Shown here in pieces: positions 50,201-58,418 of a DNA stretch of 64,000 nt; positions within the stretch are counted from its first letter, which is position 1; the number at the start of each line of letters is the position of its first letter. This DNA is from an uncultured Acidobacteriota bacterium (GTDB lineage Bacteria; Acidobacteriota; Thermoanaerobaculia; UBA5066; Gp7-AA6). The position numbers were made by a program, and so were the translations under genes. The stretch is from contig CAWINF010000001.1 in assembly GCA_963837495.1 (NCBI GenBank), forward strand, positions 841,843-905,842, read 5' to 3'. The notes below the pieces were generated by a model, which worked only from the letters and a program-made list of their open reading frames with translations, was not told the DNA's origin and searched no databases.

Positions 50201-50677
50201 TTCGGCTACGCCGACAGCTTCGACGAGGCGACCGGCCGATACCGAGGCCTCCAAGTCGGCCGAAACGTCTCCATCTCGGACGAGGACTCTCACGGTCTAC
50301 TCGTCAAGCCCGAAGTTGCCGCTCGACAGCTAGCCCAGGAAACCGCCGCCTCTTCCTACCCCGCAGGCGCCGCCCCCACAGCTCTTCAAGCCAACGGTCC
50401 CGCAGCGACGGCGGCACCCCTCACCGCTCCCGCACCTCGCCTCCTCACGCGCTTCCACGGCTCCGTCCACCTTGACGCCTCCCGCCTAGGCCGAGACGCG
50501 GGCAGAATCGCTGAAGAAATCGTCCAACACCTAGCGGCCTTGGTAGGCTCCGACGTCGAAGTGACGTTGGAAATCCACGCCGCCGTCCCCACCGGCACCC
50601 CCGACCAGGTAGTCCGCACCGTATCCGAAAACTGCCGCACCTTGAGATTCACAGACTTTGGGTTTGAGGAAGATTAG
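47300..50677 (+). CDS. DUF499-family large P-loop ATPase
   Basis: NFGGGKTHSMLALYHLF Walker A; LILIDEWVAY Walker B; 1125 aa. Confidence 0.6.
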   Translation: MAITNQERVGKAMELLKDGLAPFVERELKAHHAQSWFEEAKAAVSEMQTSFLGSASAPKWDVGSLLVVMWNQWNLVFRKTLGQAERTLVSELRDARKRWAHQDAISGDDAYRTLDSASRLLTAVSAPQSDELEKMKMELLRVRFDEQVRSEKRKSAGAAIESAAAGTLKPWREVVTPHKDVASGRYQQAEFAADLWQVHLGEGTDEYRDPVEFFRRTYLTESLKGLLVGAVQRMAGHGGDPVVQLQTNFGGGKTHSMLALYHLFSKATLSQLPGAGAILNEAGVSKLPSVNRVVLVGNKISPGNPVTKPDGTVVRTLWGELAWQLGFAAGGAKEAKKAFQRVAPDDERATSPGDALRELMNEYGPCLILIDEWVAYARQLHDQSDLPAGSFETHFSFAQVLTESAKAAKKCLLVISLPASDTTGSPHAVADDVEVGGERGRAALDRLRNAVGRIEASWRPASAEESFEIVRRRLFEPLVEKAQFVARDTVARAFYDLYRTQHQEFPPECRDSDYENRLKAAYPIHPEVFDRLYNDWSTLVKFQRTRGVLRLMAAVIHSLWQKGDRNPLILPANISIDDPRVQFELTRYLSDNWVPVIEKDVDGPNVLPLRLDGEVPNLGKYAACRRVARTIYLGSAPTATAAHRGIEDRRIKLGCVMPGESPAVFGDALRRLAGAATYLYQDGPRYWYSTQPTVTKLAEDRAEQLKRDPDKVVKELESRISEDVTEDRREKTSRKGAFSRVHPLPHSGQDVPDDMDARLVILDIDHPYGKEPGNPAEAQANAILESRGNTPRLFRNTLVFLAVDQARLQDLDEAARRYLAWESILAEKVTLDLSPHQVKQAETQRTSADGAVTARLPEAYQWLLIPTQSTPQSPVKWQAVRLTGQDALAARASKKLRGDDSLVTGLGATVLRKYLDEVPLWRGDHVDIRQLGEDFARYLYLPRIKDTSVLIGAIRSGLNLITWEKDSFGYADSFDEATGRYRGLQVGRNVSISDEDSHGLLVKPEVAARQLAQETAASSYPAGAAPTALQANGPAATAAPLTAPAPRLLTRFHGSVHLDASRLGRDAGRIAEEIVQHLAALVGSDVEVTLEIHAAVPTGTPDQVVRTVSENCRTLRFTDFGFEED

Positions 50678-50733
50678 CGTTGCGCCTCGCTGAAAGCGTT
50701 TGCCCATCACCGTTCTCGAAAGAGAGGTAATCA

Positions 50734-52866
50734 ATGAGAATCTCAACCATCCTCGAAAAGATCGACGAGAAGCAGCTGTTCGTTCCCGCGTTTCAGCGCG
50801 AATACGTCTGGAAGCGCGAGGATGCGAAGTCGCTCATCGATTCGCTCATAAAGGAGTACCCGACGGGCACCATGCTGACCTGGGAGACGGCACACCCGCC
50901 AGAACTCAAGGGTCCGCACAAATACAACGAGAGACAGGGCGCCGTGCGCCTGCTCTTGGACGGCCAGCAGCGTGTCACAACTCTGTACATGCTCATGCGC
51001 GGGGAAATACCTGCGTATTACACGCTCGCGGAGATCATGACCGACACCCGCGGCCTGTATGTCAACCTGGCGACCCTCGAGCTTTCTTATTATATTAAGA
51101 CGAGAATGGAGACCGACCCCTACTGGCAGAATATCACCGACGTATTTCAGGGAAAAGTCAGCGCCTTTGACCTCCAGGCCTCCTTTGCCACGCTCAACAT
51201 AATGCTTAGCATGGAAGAGTTGAAGCAGCTCAACGAGAAGATTAACGTCGTCACACGGATTAAGGACAGAGAGTTCCCCGAACAGACGATACCCGTCAAG
51301 GCACACATCAGGCAAGCTATCGACATTTTCTACAAGGTCAATGCAAGCGGCGTCTCCCTTACCGACGCCGAACTTGCGTTAGCACAGATCTCAGGGTTCT
51401 GGCCCCAAGCTCGCGATCTCTTCAAGGCTAAGCTCGCCAAGCTCGCGAATGAGGGATTCGGCTTTCAGCTGGATTTCCTCGTCTATGTCTTGTTGGGTTG
51501 TCTGCACCACATGGGCTCCGACATGCGAAAGCTACACGATGAGGAGAAGAAGACAGATTTGCAAGCAGCATGGGAGCGGCTGGATACACAGGTTCTGGAC
51601 TACGTAGTGAATCTGTTGAGAGCGACCGCTTACGTCGACCACATTTCTGAGATCAACTCACCCTATGCGCTCGTGCCCATCATCGTATATTGCTTTGACA
51701 GAATCGGAAAGAACCTCTCCGATCTAGAGATTCGTAAGATGGTTAAGTGGTTCTATTACACTCAGATCCGAACCAGATATGTCAGCCAGTTGCCGCAAAA
51801 GCTCGACCGGGACCTCCGAACGCTGGTGGAATCGCAACAGCCGTTTGATGACCTGCTGCAGGTGATTGCTGAGGAACGACCCCTCCAAGTGTCGCCCTCG
51901 GAGTTTGTGGGCCGGGCGACGGGGCACCCGCTTTTCGGAATGATGCGCTGGTACCTCAAGAGCCGTGGCGCGGTCTGCCTGACCACCGGCCTCAGCCTAC
52001 GGAAGAATATGGGCAAGAAGTACCAGCTTGAACTGGACCATATCTTTCCCTTCTCCCGGCTCAAGAAGGCAGGTTACGGCAAGGGCAACCGTGTGAAGTA
52101 CGCGCTGGCACAGGAATTCACCAACCGGGCTCTTCTCACTCAGGTCGCCAACCGCTCGAAGGCGGCGATGGACGCCGCGGTGTACCTGGCCGGCGTGAAG
52201 AAGCAGTTTCCTAAGGCCCTCGAGTTGCAGTGCATTCCCGAGAACCCGGAGTTGTGGAAGATTGAGCGCTATGAGGGCTTTCTCGAGGCTCGACGCGAGA
52301 TTCTGGCATCGCATTTCAATGAGTTCCTCAACACGCTGACCGACACCGAAGAAACCGGCGCCCCAGCGACCCTCGAGGACCTGATCTCCGAGGGCGAGAG
52401 CAACGAACTGGAGTTCAAGGCGACCTTGCGCTGGGATCTCGAGAAAGGCGAAGTCAGTCACAAGATGGAGGGTGCCATCGTCAAGGCAGTCGCAGCGTTT
52501 GCCAATTCCCATGGTGGCACGCTACTGATTGGTGTGGACAACGATGGCCAGGCGGTTGGCCTGGAGCACGATTATACTTCGCTCGGTGACGCTGATAAGG
52601 ACAAGTTCGAGCGATGTCTTTACAGCCTCCTCTACCAGAGTGTCGGTAAAAGCTTCGTAACCACGAAGGTTACAGCCAGATTTCATGATGTTGCCGGAGC
52701 GGAGGTCTGCCAAGTGGATGTCGCGAAGGCCAAGGAGCCGATCGTCGTGGCGTCGAAAGACAAGAACGGCGTGGCCGTGGAGAAGTTCTACGTGCGTAGC
52801 GGAAACGCATCCCAAGAGATTCCGCTGAGCCAGATGAATGCATACCTAAAGGAACGGTTCAGCTGA
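50734..52866 (+). CDS. GmrSD-like type IV restriction enzyme: DUF262 (ParB-like) + DUF1524 (His-Me finger) + C-terminal AlbA_2/Schlafen-like domain
   Basis: LFVPAFQREYVWKRED...LLDGQQRVTTL; ...QLELDHIFPFS...NRALLTQVANRSK; C-terminal ESNELEFKATLRWD...AFANSHGGTLLIGVDNDGQ. Confidence 0.65.
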   Translation: MRISTILEKIDEKQLFVPAFQREYVWKREDAKSLIDSLIKEYPTGTMLTWETAHPPELKGPHKYNERQGAVRLLLDGQQRVTTLYMLMRGEIPAYYTLAEIMTDTRGLYVNLATLELSYYIKTRMETDPYWQNITDVFQGKVSAFDLQASFATLNIMLSMEELKQLNEKINVVTRIKDREFPEQTIPVKAHIRQAIDIFYKVNASGVSLTDAELALAQISGFWPQARDLFKAKLAKLANEGFGFQLDFLVYVLLGCLHHMGSDMRKLHDEEKKTDLQAAWERLDTQVLDYVVNLLRATAYVDHISEINSPYALVPIIVYCFDRIGKNLSDLEIRKMVKWFYYTQIRTRYVSQLPQKLDRDLRTLVESQQPFDDLLQVIAEERPLQVSPSEFVGRATGHPLFGMMRWYLKSRGAVCLTTGLSLRKNMGKKYQLELDHIFPFSRLKKAGYGKGNRVKYALAQEFTNRALLTQVANRSKAAMDAAVYLAGVKKQFPKALELQCIPENPELWKIERYEGFLEARREILASHFNEFLNTLTDTEETGAPATLEDLISEGESNELEFKATLRWDLEKGEVSHKMEGAIVKAVAAFANSHGGTLLIGVDNDGQAVGLEHDYTSLGDADKDKFERCLYSLLYQSVGKSFVTTKVTARFHDVAGAEVCQVDVAKAKEPIVVASKDKNGVAVEKFYVRSGNASQEIPLSQMNAYLKERFS

Positions 52867-52873
52867 GGAACCA

Positions 52874-53542
52874 ATGCGACGCCTCTTCACGTACTGCATA
52901 CCGTGGGACGAGGGAGGCGCTCCGAACCCTTTTTGGGGAATCTGCACGCTCGCGATCTGCAAGCCAGCCATTCGACGTACGGCACGCGTCGGCGACTGGG
53001 TTGCTGGAACCGGCTCCAAATACTCTCGAGGTAGCGACCTAAGTGGCCGCCTAGTCTACGCCATGGAAGTCTCCTCCATCATGACCCTTGCAGAGTACGA
53101 TGCCTGGACGCGGGACCATGCACCGAAGAAGATTCCTGATCTCAAGAAGAGGGATCTGCGAAGGCGCGTCGGCGACTCGATCTACGATTTCTCGGCTGGC
53201 CAGCCGCAGCAACGGCCAGGAGTCCATGGGAAAGGAAACATCAGGACAGATCTCAGCGGCGAATACGTACTGCTCTCCTTGAATTTCTACTATTTCGGCG
53301 ATCAAGCCGTCGTTGTGCCGGACTACCTCAGCCCCATCGTTCACCAGGCCCAGGGGCACAAGGTCAACGCGAACGGACCGTACGTGGAGCGGTTCCTCAA
53401 GTGGCTGAAAGCCCAGGGTTACCCTCGCAACTGCCTCTTTGGCAAACCTACACTGCTCGAAAGGGTCGCAACTGGCCTTGCTCAGCCTGCTCGAGCCCGG
53501 CGTCGCTGTGCTGAAGCCGACGAAGGGGCCCCAGAGTCATGA
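52874..53542 (+). CDS. Nmad2-like (nucleotide-modification-associated domain 2) protein; assignment from memory of the family N-terminal signature
   Basis: MRRLFTYCIPWDEGGAPNPFWGICTLAICKPAIRRTARVGDWVAGTGS. Confidence 0.4.
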   Translation: MRRLFTYCIPWDEGGAPNPFWGICTLAICKPAIRRTARVGDWVAGTGSKYSRGSDLSGRLVYAMEVSSIMTLAEYDAWTRDHAPKKIPDLKKRDLRRRVGDSIYDFSAGQPQQRPGVHGKGNIRTDLSGEYVLLSLNFYYFGDQAVVVPDYLSPIVHQAQGHKVNANGPYVERFLKWLKAQGYPRNCLFGKPTLLERVATGLAQPARARRRCAEADEGAPES

Positions 53543-54735
53543 ATCCTGTGGACCGTGGCGCACCCGGTGCTGCGATGGGTTCCATTGCCAGGGCCTCGCT
53601 CGTTCAAGAGGTCTACCGTTGTACCCACTGCGTTCCGCTGGTCTTACCCTTCGCCACTTGCACGGATGCAGGCCGCTTCTTCCGGTTTCCGCCGGTGATC
53701 GGAGCTCCAGGCGCCGCAGAAGTCCTTTTTGTGGGAATTAACCCCCGTGTTTCTCCCTCCAATCTTCCTTTGCACACCGCGCTGATGCGGGACATTTCCG
53801 CTTTCCAGGAACTCGCAGCTAATAGCTATCGCGAGAGGGACTACATCGGACCGCAAGGGCAGGAGAGTCACTATTCCCTTCATCTCTGGATTGCGAGTCA
53901 ACTGTTCCCCGGTCGTCGTTTCGCTTCCGTTGCCGCGGTAACCGAGTTGTTCTTCTGCGCGTCAGAATCTTCCGCAAGACTCCCGGTCGAGCAGAGCCCT
54001 TGCGCGGACAAGTATCTTGGCAGAGTACTAGCTTCGACGCGCCCTAAGCTGGTCGTTGCCGTCGGCAGCAGGGTTGCGAACTACTTGGCTGGGAGGTTTC
54101 CGAGGCAGGCACAGTACGCAATCGCGGCCTGGGGAGACCACGGTCGAGCGCCAATCATTCCGGTGCCGCATCCTAACTCTAGGGGCGAGAAGCACTCAAG
54201 AACGTTGAGGGCAGTAGAAGTTGCCCGGGAATATCTAATTTCGGGGAATGTGCCAGCCCTGCCCGCGGTATCGGCAACTACAGCGCGAGAACCGAGACGG
54301 TTATCGGCGTCGTTGAGAGGTCACGCTGGGCCCCGCGATGCCGGGCGGCGCGACGGGAGAGTGGATGCAACGCCAGCCGCACCACGCGCTAGCCGTTCTG
54401 AGCTCGCTCGGCTCGTGCAAGACCCCGAGCCCGGGAGCATACAGAGGGATTGGACCGGCAACGACAAGAGCGCCAGGAACCACAACGGCATTGTAGACCT
54501 GAGAGAGAGTCCGCTGAGGTTGCGCCTTTCCTGGAAGAGGAACCCAGATGACCAAGCCAAATTCATCGGGGTCTTTGATCTAGACCTTCCACGCCTTCTT
54601 GCTGCCAACTACATTAGAGTTGAGGGAAATCGGCCAAGTGCCGTTCGTCTTCGATTCTGGCATGGCTACGACGATGTCATCTACATCCAGGTCAATAGCC
54701 AGACCAGAGGTTTGCCGCTAGGGCGAATCGTGTAG
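53539..54735 (+). CDS. Uracil-DNA-glycosylase-superfamily-like N-terminal domain (~220 aa) fused to an unknown ~170-aa C-terminal domain; ATGA overlap with the Nmad2-like gene
   Basis: VLFVGINPRVSP (motif A position), ELFFCASESS, KLVVAVGSRVANYL, IIPVPHPNSRGE (motif B position). Confidence 0.4.
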   Translation: MNPVDRGAPGAAMGSIARASLVQEVYRCTHCVPLVLPFATCTDAGRFFRFPPVIGAPGAAEVLFVGINPRVSPSNLPLHTALMRDISAFQELAANSYRERDYIGPQGQESHYSLHLWIASQLFPGRRFASVAAVTELFFCASESSARLPVEQSPCADKYLGRVLASTRPKLVVAVGSRVANYLAGRFPRQAQYAIAAWGDHGRAPIIPVPHPNSRGEKHSRTLRAVEVAREYLISGNVPALPAVSATTAREPRRLSASLRGHAGPRDAGRRDGRVDATPAAPRASRSELARLVQDPEPGSIQRDWTGNDKSARNHNGIVDLRESPLRLRLSWKRNPDDQAKFIGVFDLDLPRLLAANYIRVEGNRPSAVRLRFWHGYDDVIYIQVNSQTRGLPLGRIV

Positions 54736-54761
54736 CGACGGCTACGGCGGGCCGTAGTGAG

Positions 54762-54850
54762 AAGGGGTCAGCCGTGCGCCTCGTGTATTTTCTGATTCCG
54801 GGCGACAGGCGATCCTGTCATCGTTTCCGGCGCCGGCGGGCGGGGAGAGG
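54762..54850. repeat. Partial copy (3-prime-of-relE end) of the ~360-bp relE repeat
   Basis: GGGGTCAGCCGTGCGCCTCGTGTATTTTCTGATTCCGGGCGACAGG... Confidence 0.6.
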
Positions 54851-54934
54851 TCGGCTAGGGGGGTCAGTCTTGTACGATGGTACTTTGCGTGGGGTTTCCG
54901 GGTCGACCGTCATTTCAATCGGCCTGGGAGAAGA

Positions 54935-55295
54935 AGGGTCAGCCGTGCGCTTCGTGTATTTCCTGATTCCGGGCGACAGGGTCATCGTTTCCGGCGCCGG
55001 CGGGCGGGCAGAGGTGTCTTCTGCTTCCTGGAAGAAGGGGCCAGGCCCGAGGCGGACGACCTTTCGCGCGAGCTCGTAGAGGCCATCATGCGCACCTTCG
55101 CGCCGGAGGCCGGCAGCCACGACGTAAACCATCCGGGCGGCAGGATCAACCGAAGAGATCAGGCGGTATCGCCGGCCAACCACCCGAAGGCTTCCAAAGC
55201 CCATGAGGTCTTCCCGGAGCGGCTTTCTCTGCCTTTCAGGATCACCCTGCAGACGTTTGGACCGATAAGGGGTCAGCCGTCCGCTTCGTGCACTG
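54935..55295. repeat. Full copy of the ~360-bp repeat carrying 5-prime-truncated relE on the minus strand, bounded by AAGGGGTCAGCCGT(G/C)CGCTTCGTG direct repeats
   Basis: Encodes ...RLQGDPERQRKPLREDLMGFGSLRVVGRRYRLISSVDPAARMVYVVAAGLRREGAHD... Confidence 0.6.
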
Positions 55296-55305
55296 TCGCC
55301 AATTG

Positions 55306-55599
55306 CTAAGAGCGGCGACGCGGCTTGGAGCGTTTTCGCCGCCCGCGTGGTTTCTTGATGCCGTAGAGCTCTCGAACCTCAGCAATCGTAGCTGACCGAT
55401 TCTTGCGGCGGCGGTCCTCGATCATTTCCCAGAAGCGGGGATTGCCCATCGTCAGGAGGTCTTCCAAATCCTCCCCCTCGACCCCGATAACCAGGGCGGC
55501 GGGCTTTCCGTGCTTTGTAATGAGCACGCGATCCTGCTGAGCCTTGGCGATGTACTCCGAGAGAGACGCTTTCGCATCGCGAACCGCTACGACTTTCAT
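55306..55599 (-). CDS. Phd/YefM-family antitoxin
   Basis: MKVVAVRDAKASLSEYIAKAQQDRVLITKHGKPAALVIGVEGEDLEDLL. Confidence 0.7.
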   Translation of the reverse strand: MKVVAVRDAKASLSEYIAKAQQDRVLITKHGKPAALVIGVEGEDLEDLLTMGNPRFWEMIEDRRRKNRSATIAEVRELYGIKKPRGRRKRSKPRRRS

Positions 55600-55892
55600 A
55601 AAATCTCCTCCGTTCTCTTTCTTTCTTTCCGCCGGACGGAACGAACCGTCACGGTCCGTCCCGATTCATCCACGTCGTAGAAAACCCGCAGGTCACCCAC
55701 GCGAAGCTGCCAGACCGGCCGCACCTGTTCCCACGGAGGCGCCAGACCGCTGAGCATCTTCCTCCTTCTGCTTGCCTCAGCAGGTTCGTGAGCCAGCTGC
55801 TTTTCGATGGCGTCGAGAACACGTTTCCTCTCGGAGGCTCGAAGCTCCCCGATTTCCGCAACCGCATCCTGATCGAGCCGGATCGCGAACAT
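55596..55892 (-). CDS. ParE/RelE-family toxin (complete); stop overlaps Phd start (ATGA); TATAAT 13 nt upstream of ATG
   Basis: MFAIRLDQDAVAEIGEL...WQLRVGDLRVFYDVDESGRTVTVRSVRRKE. Confidence 0.6.
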   Translation of the reverse strand: MFAIRLDQDAVAEIGELRASERKRVLDAIEKQLAHEPAEASRRRKMLSGLAPPWEQVRPVWQLRVGDLRVFYDVDESGRTVTVRSVRRKERKRTEEIL

Positions 55893-56049
55893 CGTGACTA
55901 CAATTATAGTCTCTAGATCCAGCGCTGCCAACCCGTGCAAATAGAGAGATCCGAGGCGGGGGAAGAACTGGGGTCGGGCTTGAATATCGGGTGTTGAGCC
56001 GAAACAATTCCGACTCCACCTTAGCCGTTGGGTGGTGTTTCGGGTCGAT

Positions 56050-56441
56050 CGGGAAGAAGGGGTCAGCCGTGCGCTTCGTGTATTTCCTGATTCCGGGCGA
56101 CAGGCAATCCAGTCATCGTTTCCGGCGCCGGCGGGCGGGGAGAGGTGTCTTCTGCTTCTTGGAAGCAGGGGCCAGGCCGAGTTGGACGATCTTCGCGCGA
56201 GCTCGTAGACGTCATCGTGCGCACCTTCGCGCCGCAGGCCGGCAGCCACGACGTAAACCAACCGGGCGGCAGGATCAACCGAACAGATCAGGCGGTATCG
56301 CTGGCCAACCACCCGAAGGCTTCCAAAGCCCATGAGGTCTTCCCGGAGCGGCTTTCCCTGCTTCTCAGGATCACCCTGCAGACGTTTGGACGTGTCGAAG
56401 AGTTGCTGCCGTACTCGTCGGTCGGCAACGCCGGCGAGCAT
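56050..56441 (-). pseudogene. Repeat copy with near-full-length relE-like gene (MLAGVADRRVRQQLFDTSKRLQGDPEKQGKPLRED...) whose 3-prime end is frameshifted and fuses into the downstream ORF
   Basis: Compared with other copies, a 1-nt indel near ...YELARK. Confidence 0.5.
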
Positions 56442-56639
56442 CTTGGACGCGGTCGTCGTCCAGAGGACCTCGCAGGCGGGAGTGGGGGAAGAGCGGGGTC
56501 AATCGTCTATCGGTGTATTACGGATGCATTAGCCGGAGCTGGCGGTGCTGATTCGCCGGGCCATCGTGACCAGGTGCAGGGCGAAGGCAGTTCGAAGGGT
56601 CGATCCGCGCGACCTGGGCCCCGGGTCAGTTGTCGCTGA

Positions 56640-56771
56640 TGCGCGGAAGCCGCGATCGGATGGCGTTTCTGACTCTCTTCGCAATCCGGACCGCCTCATC
56701 GGCCTCCCGGCGTGTGATCGGTTCCCAGTCTCCCGGATAGCGAGCCTCGACCGCGTAGCGCTTCAGAAGTC
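56640..56771 (-). pseudogene. HEPN-toxin C-terminal fragment (...LLKRYAVEARYPGDWEPITRREADEAVRIAKRV)
   Basis: Motif only; 5-prime part replaced by the adjacent parE gene. Confidence 0.35.
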
Positions 56772-57077
56772 CTACCTCTTGAGGCGATCGGTCCAGTAGC
56801 GGGGCCGGCGACTTTGGTGGCCGACGGCCAGGATGCGGATCATGTCCGATGCGATCAGGTAATAGAGGTTGTAGGGAAACCGACGGAGCACCTTGCGTCG
56901 GACGCCCCTTCGATGGACTACCGGAGAGGCTTCCGGGTGATCCAGGATGAACCGGATGCTTCTACTGACTTCCTCCAGGAAGCTCCGAGCAATCGGAGAA
57001 GGCGCCTCGTCTCGGTAGTAACGTCCGGCTTCAAGAAGGTCGGCCCTGGCGTCGGGATGAAACTGCCAGCTACGCAA
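56772..57077 (-). CDS. ParE-family toxin
   Basis: ...VLRRFPYNLYYLIASDMIRILAVGHQSRRP. Confidence 0.7.
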   Translation of the reverse strand: MRSWQFHPDARADLLEAGRYYRDEAPSPIARSFLEEVSRSIRFILDHPEASPVVHRRGVRRKVLRRFPYNLYYLIASDMIRILAVGHQSRRPRYWTDRLKR

Positions 57078-57306
57078 GCAGGTCGCGGAACTCCTTCATG
57101 ACTTTGTCGCCAGGAATTCCCTTAACCTTGCCCTGTTCCCACTCTTCCAATCGCCGTTCTGTCTCCTCGAGCCACAGCGCCTCGAATTCTGCCGGCGACA
57201 GCTTCTCTTCCTCCTCATCCAGACTTCGGAGCAGCCGGCCGGCGAGCCTGGCGCGCTCTTTGTGGCCGAGCTTCAAAGCAGCGGCAACGATCTCTTCGGT
57301 GGTCAC
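57070..57306 (-). CDS. Addiction-module antitoxin, TIGR02574-like; GTG start
   Basis: VTTEEIVAAALKLGHKERARLAGRLLRSL...EFEALWLEETERRLEEWEQGKVKGIPGDKV. Confidence 0.6.
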   Translation of the reverse strand: MTTEEIVAAALKLGHKERARLAGRLLRSLDEEEEKLSPAEFEALWLEETERRLEEWEQGKVKGIPGDKVMKEFRDLLA

Positions 57307-57329
57307 GAGCCAATGATACCTCGAGCTCC

Positions 57330-57530
57330 ACAAGCAGGTCCGGGGCCAGGCCGAGGCGGACGACCTTTCGCGCCAGCTCGTAGAGGTCATCGTGCGCACC
57401 TTCGTGCCGCAGGCCGGCAGCCACGACGTAAACCAACCGGGCGGGAGGATCAACCGAACAGATCAGGCGGTATCGCTGGCCAACCACCCGAAGGCTTCCA
57501 AAGCCCATGAGGTCTTCCCGGGATGAAATG
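57330..57530. repeat. Partial copy of the relE repeat
   Basis: Aligns to the central 200 bp of the 54935-55295 copy. Confidence 0.55.
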
Positions 57531-57679
57531 GGATCGGTCCTGAATTCATGCATTATTACGGTGGGCAGCCGTCAGAACTCGGAAAGGTTCTCATGACTCT
57601 ACTTCTTCGAGCTGAAAGGGTATCGAGCGTGTACACAATTGTTGACACACATGAGATACCGTGGCAGAATCGCTTCGAG

Positions 57680-57946
57680 ATGAAGACGACGACGATCCGG
57701 GAGTTCCGAAAGGATGTCAGCGAGTTGCTGCGCGGCAGGGATGCTGTCCTGGTGACCCGGCATGGCAAGCCCGCCGGTGTCCTCTACCCCCTCACCGATC
57801 CGCGCAAACTGCCGATGAAGGTTCGCCGCAAGCTTTACCTGGAGCTCTCCGAAGGAATCGCCAGGCAGCTCAAGACCAAAGGGATAGCCGAAGAGCAGCT
57901 CCAGCATGACTTCGAGGATTTTAAGAAGCGTCGCCGCCGACAGTAA
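57680..57946 (+). CDS. Phd/YefM-like antitoxin
   Basis: MKTTTIREFRKDVSELLRGRDAVLVTRHGKPAGVLYPL. Confidence 0.6.
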   Translation: MKTTTIREFRKDVSELLRGRDAVLVTRHGKPAGVLYPLTDPRKLPMKVRRKLYLELSEGIARQLKTKGIAEEQLQHDFEDFKKRRRRQ

Positions 57947-58328
57947 CGTTCTCCTCTCGGCGGCCGTCGGTCATGCGGCGCGGCGGGTCTTCGAACGGGC
58001 GCCGAGACTCCTCGTCGTCACGACGGAAGCCAATCTGGCCGAAGTTCAAGCGTATTTGCCTTCCATGTCGGAGGCCTACGGTCTCGATCTGCTCGAGGTG
58101 CAAGAGGCCCTGGCAGCTCTGCCGATCAGGTTCTACAACGTAAGGTGGTATCGGAGCCGCATTCCCGAAGCCAGGAGATACCTGCAGGATCGCGATCCCG
58201 ACGACGTTGCCCTGGCGGCGCTGGCCCTCAAGCTCCAGATTCCCATTTGGTCCAATGACCGGGACTTCGAAGGCATGCCGATCGAGATCTATCCCACAGC
58301 GAAGCTCTTGAAGGCGCTCGGTCTCTGA
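57906..58328 (+). CDS. PIN-domain toxin (VapC-like)
   Basis: VAADSNVLLSAA...DPDDVALAALALKLQIPIWSNDRDF. Confidence 0.65.
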   Translation: MTSRILRSVAADSNVLLSAAVGHAARRVFERAPRLLVVTTEANLAEVQAYLPSMSEAYGLDLLEVQEALAALPIRFYNVRWYRSRIPEARRYLQDRDPDDVALAALALKLQIPIWSNDRDFEGMPIEIYPTAKLLKALGL

Positions 58329-58418
58329 TGGTCAGAGGCGCCTTCCGTAGAGCGAGATGTCGTCGTGTTTGACAACGTCGACTGCGCCGGGATGAAGGTC
58401 AACGACGCGGTGCGGCAT
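58329..58418 (-). pseudogene. Truncated parE (MPHRVVDLHPGAVDVVKHDDISLYGRRL*), cut where the vapBC-like module begins
   Basis: First 10 codons identical to the intact parE at 61194. Confidence 0.45.
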
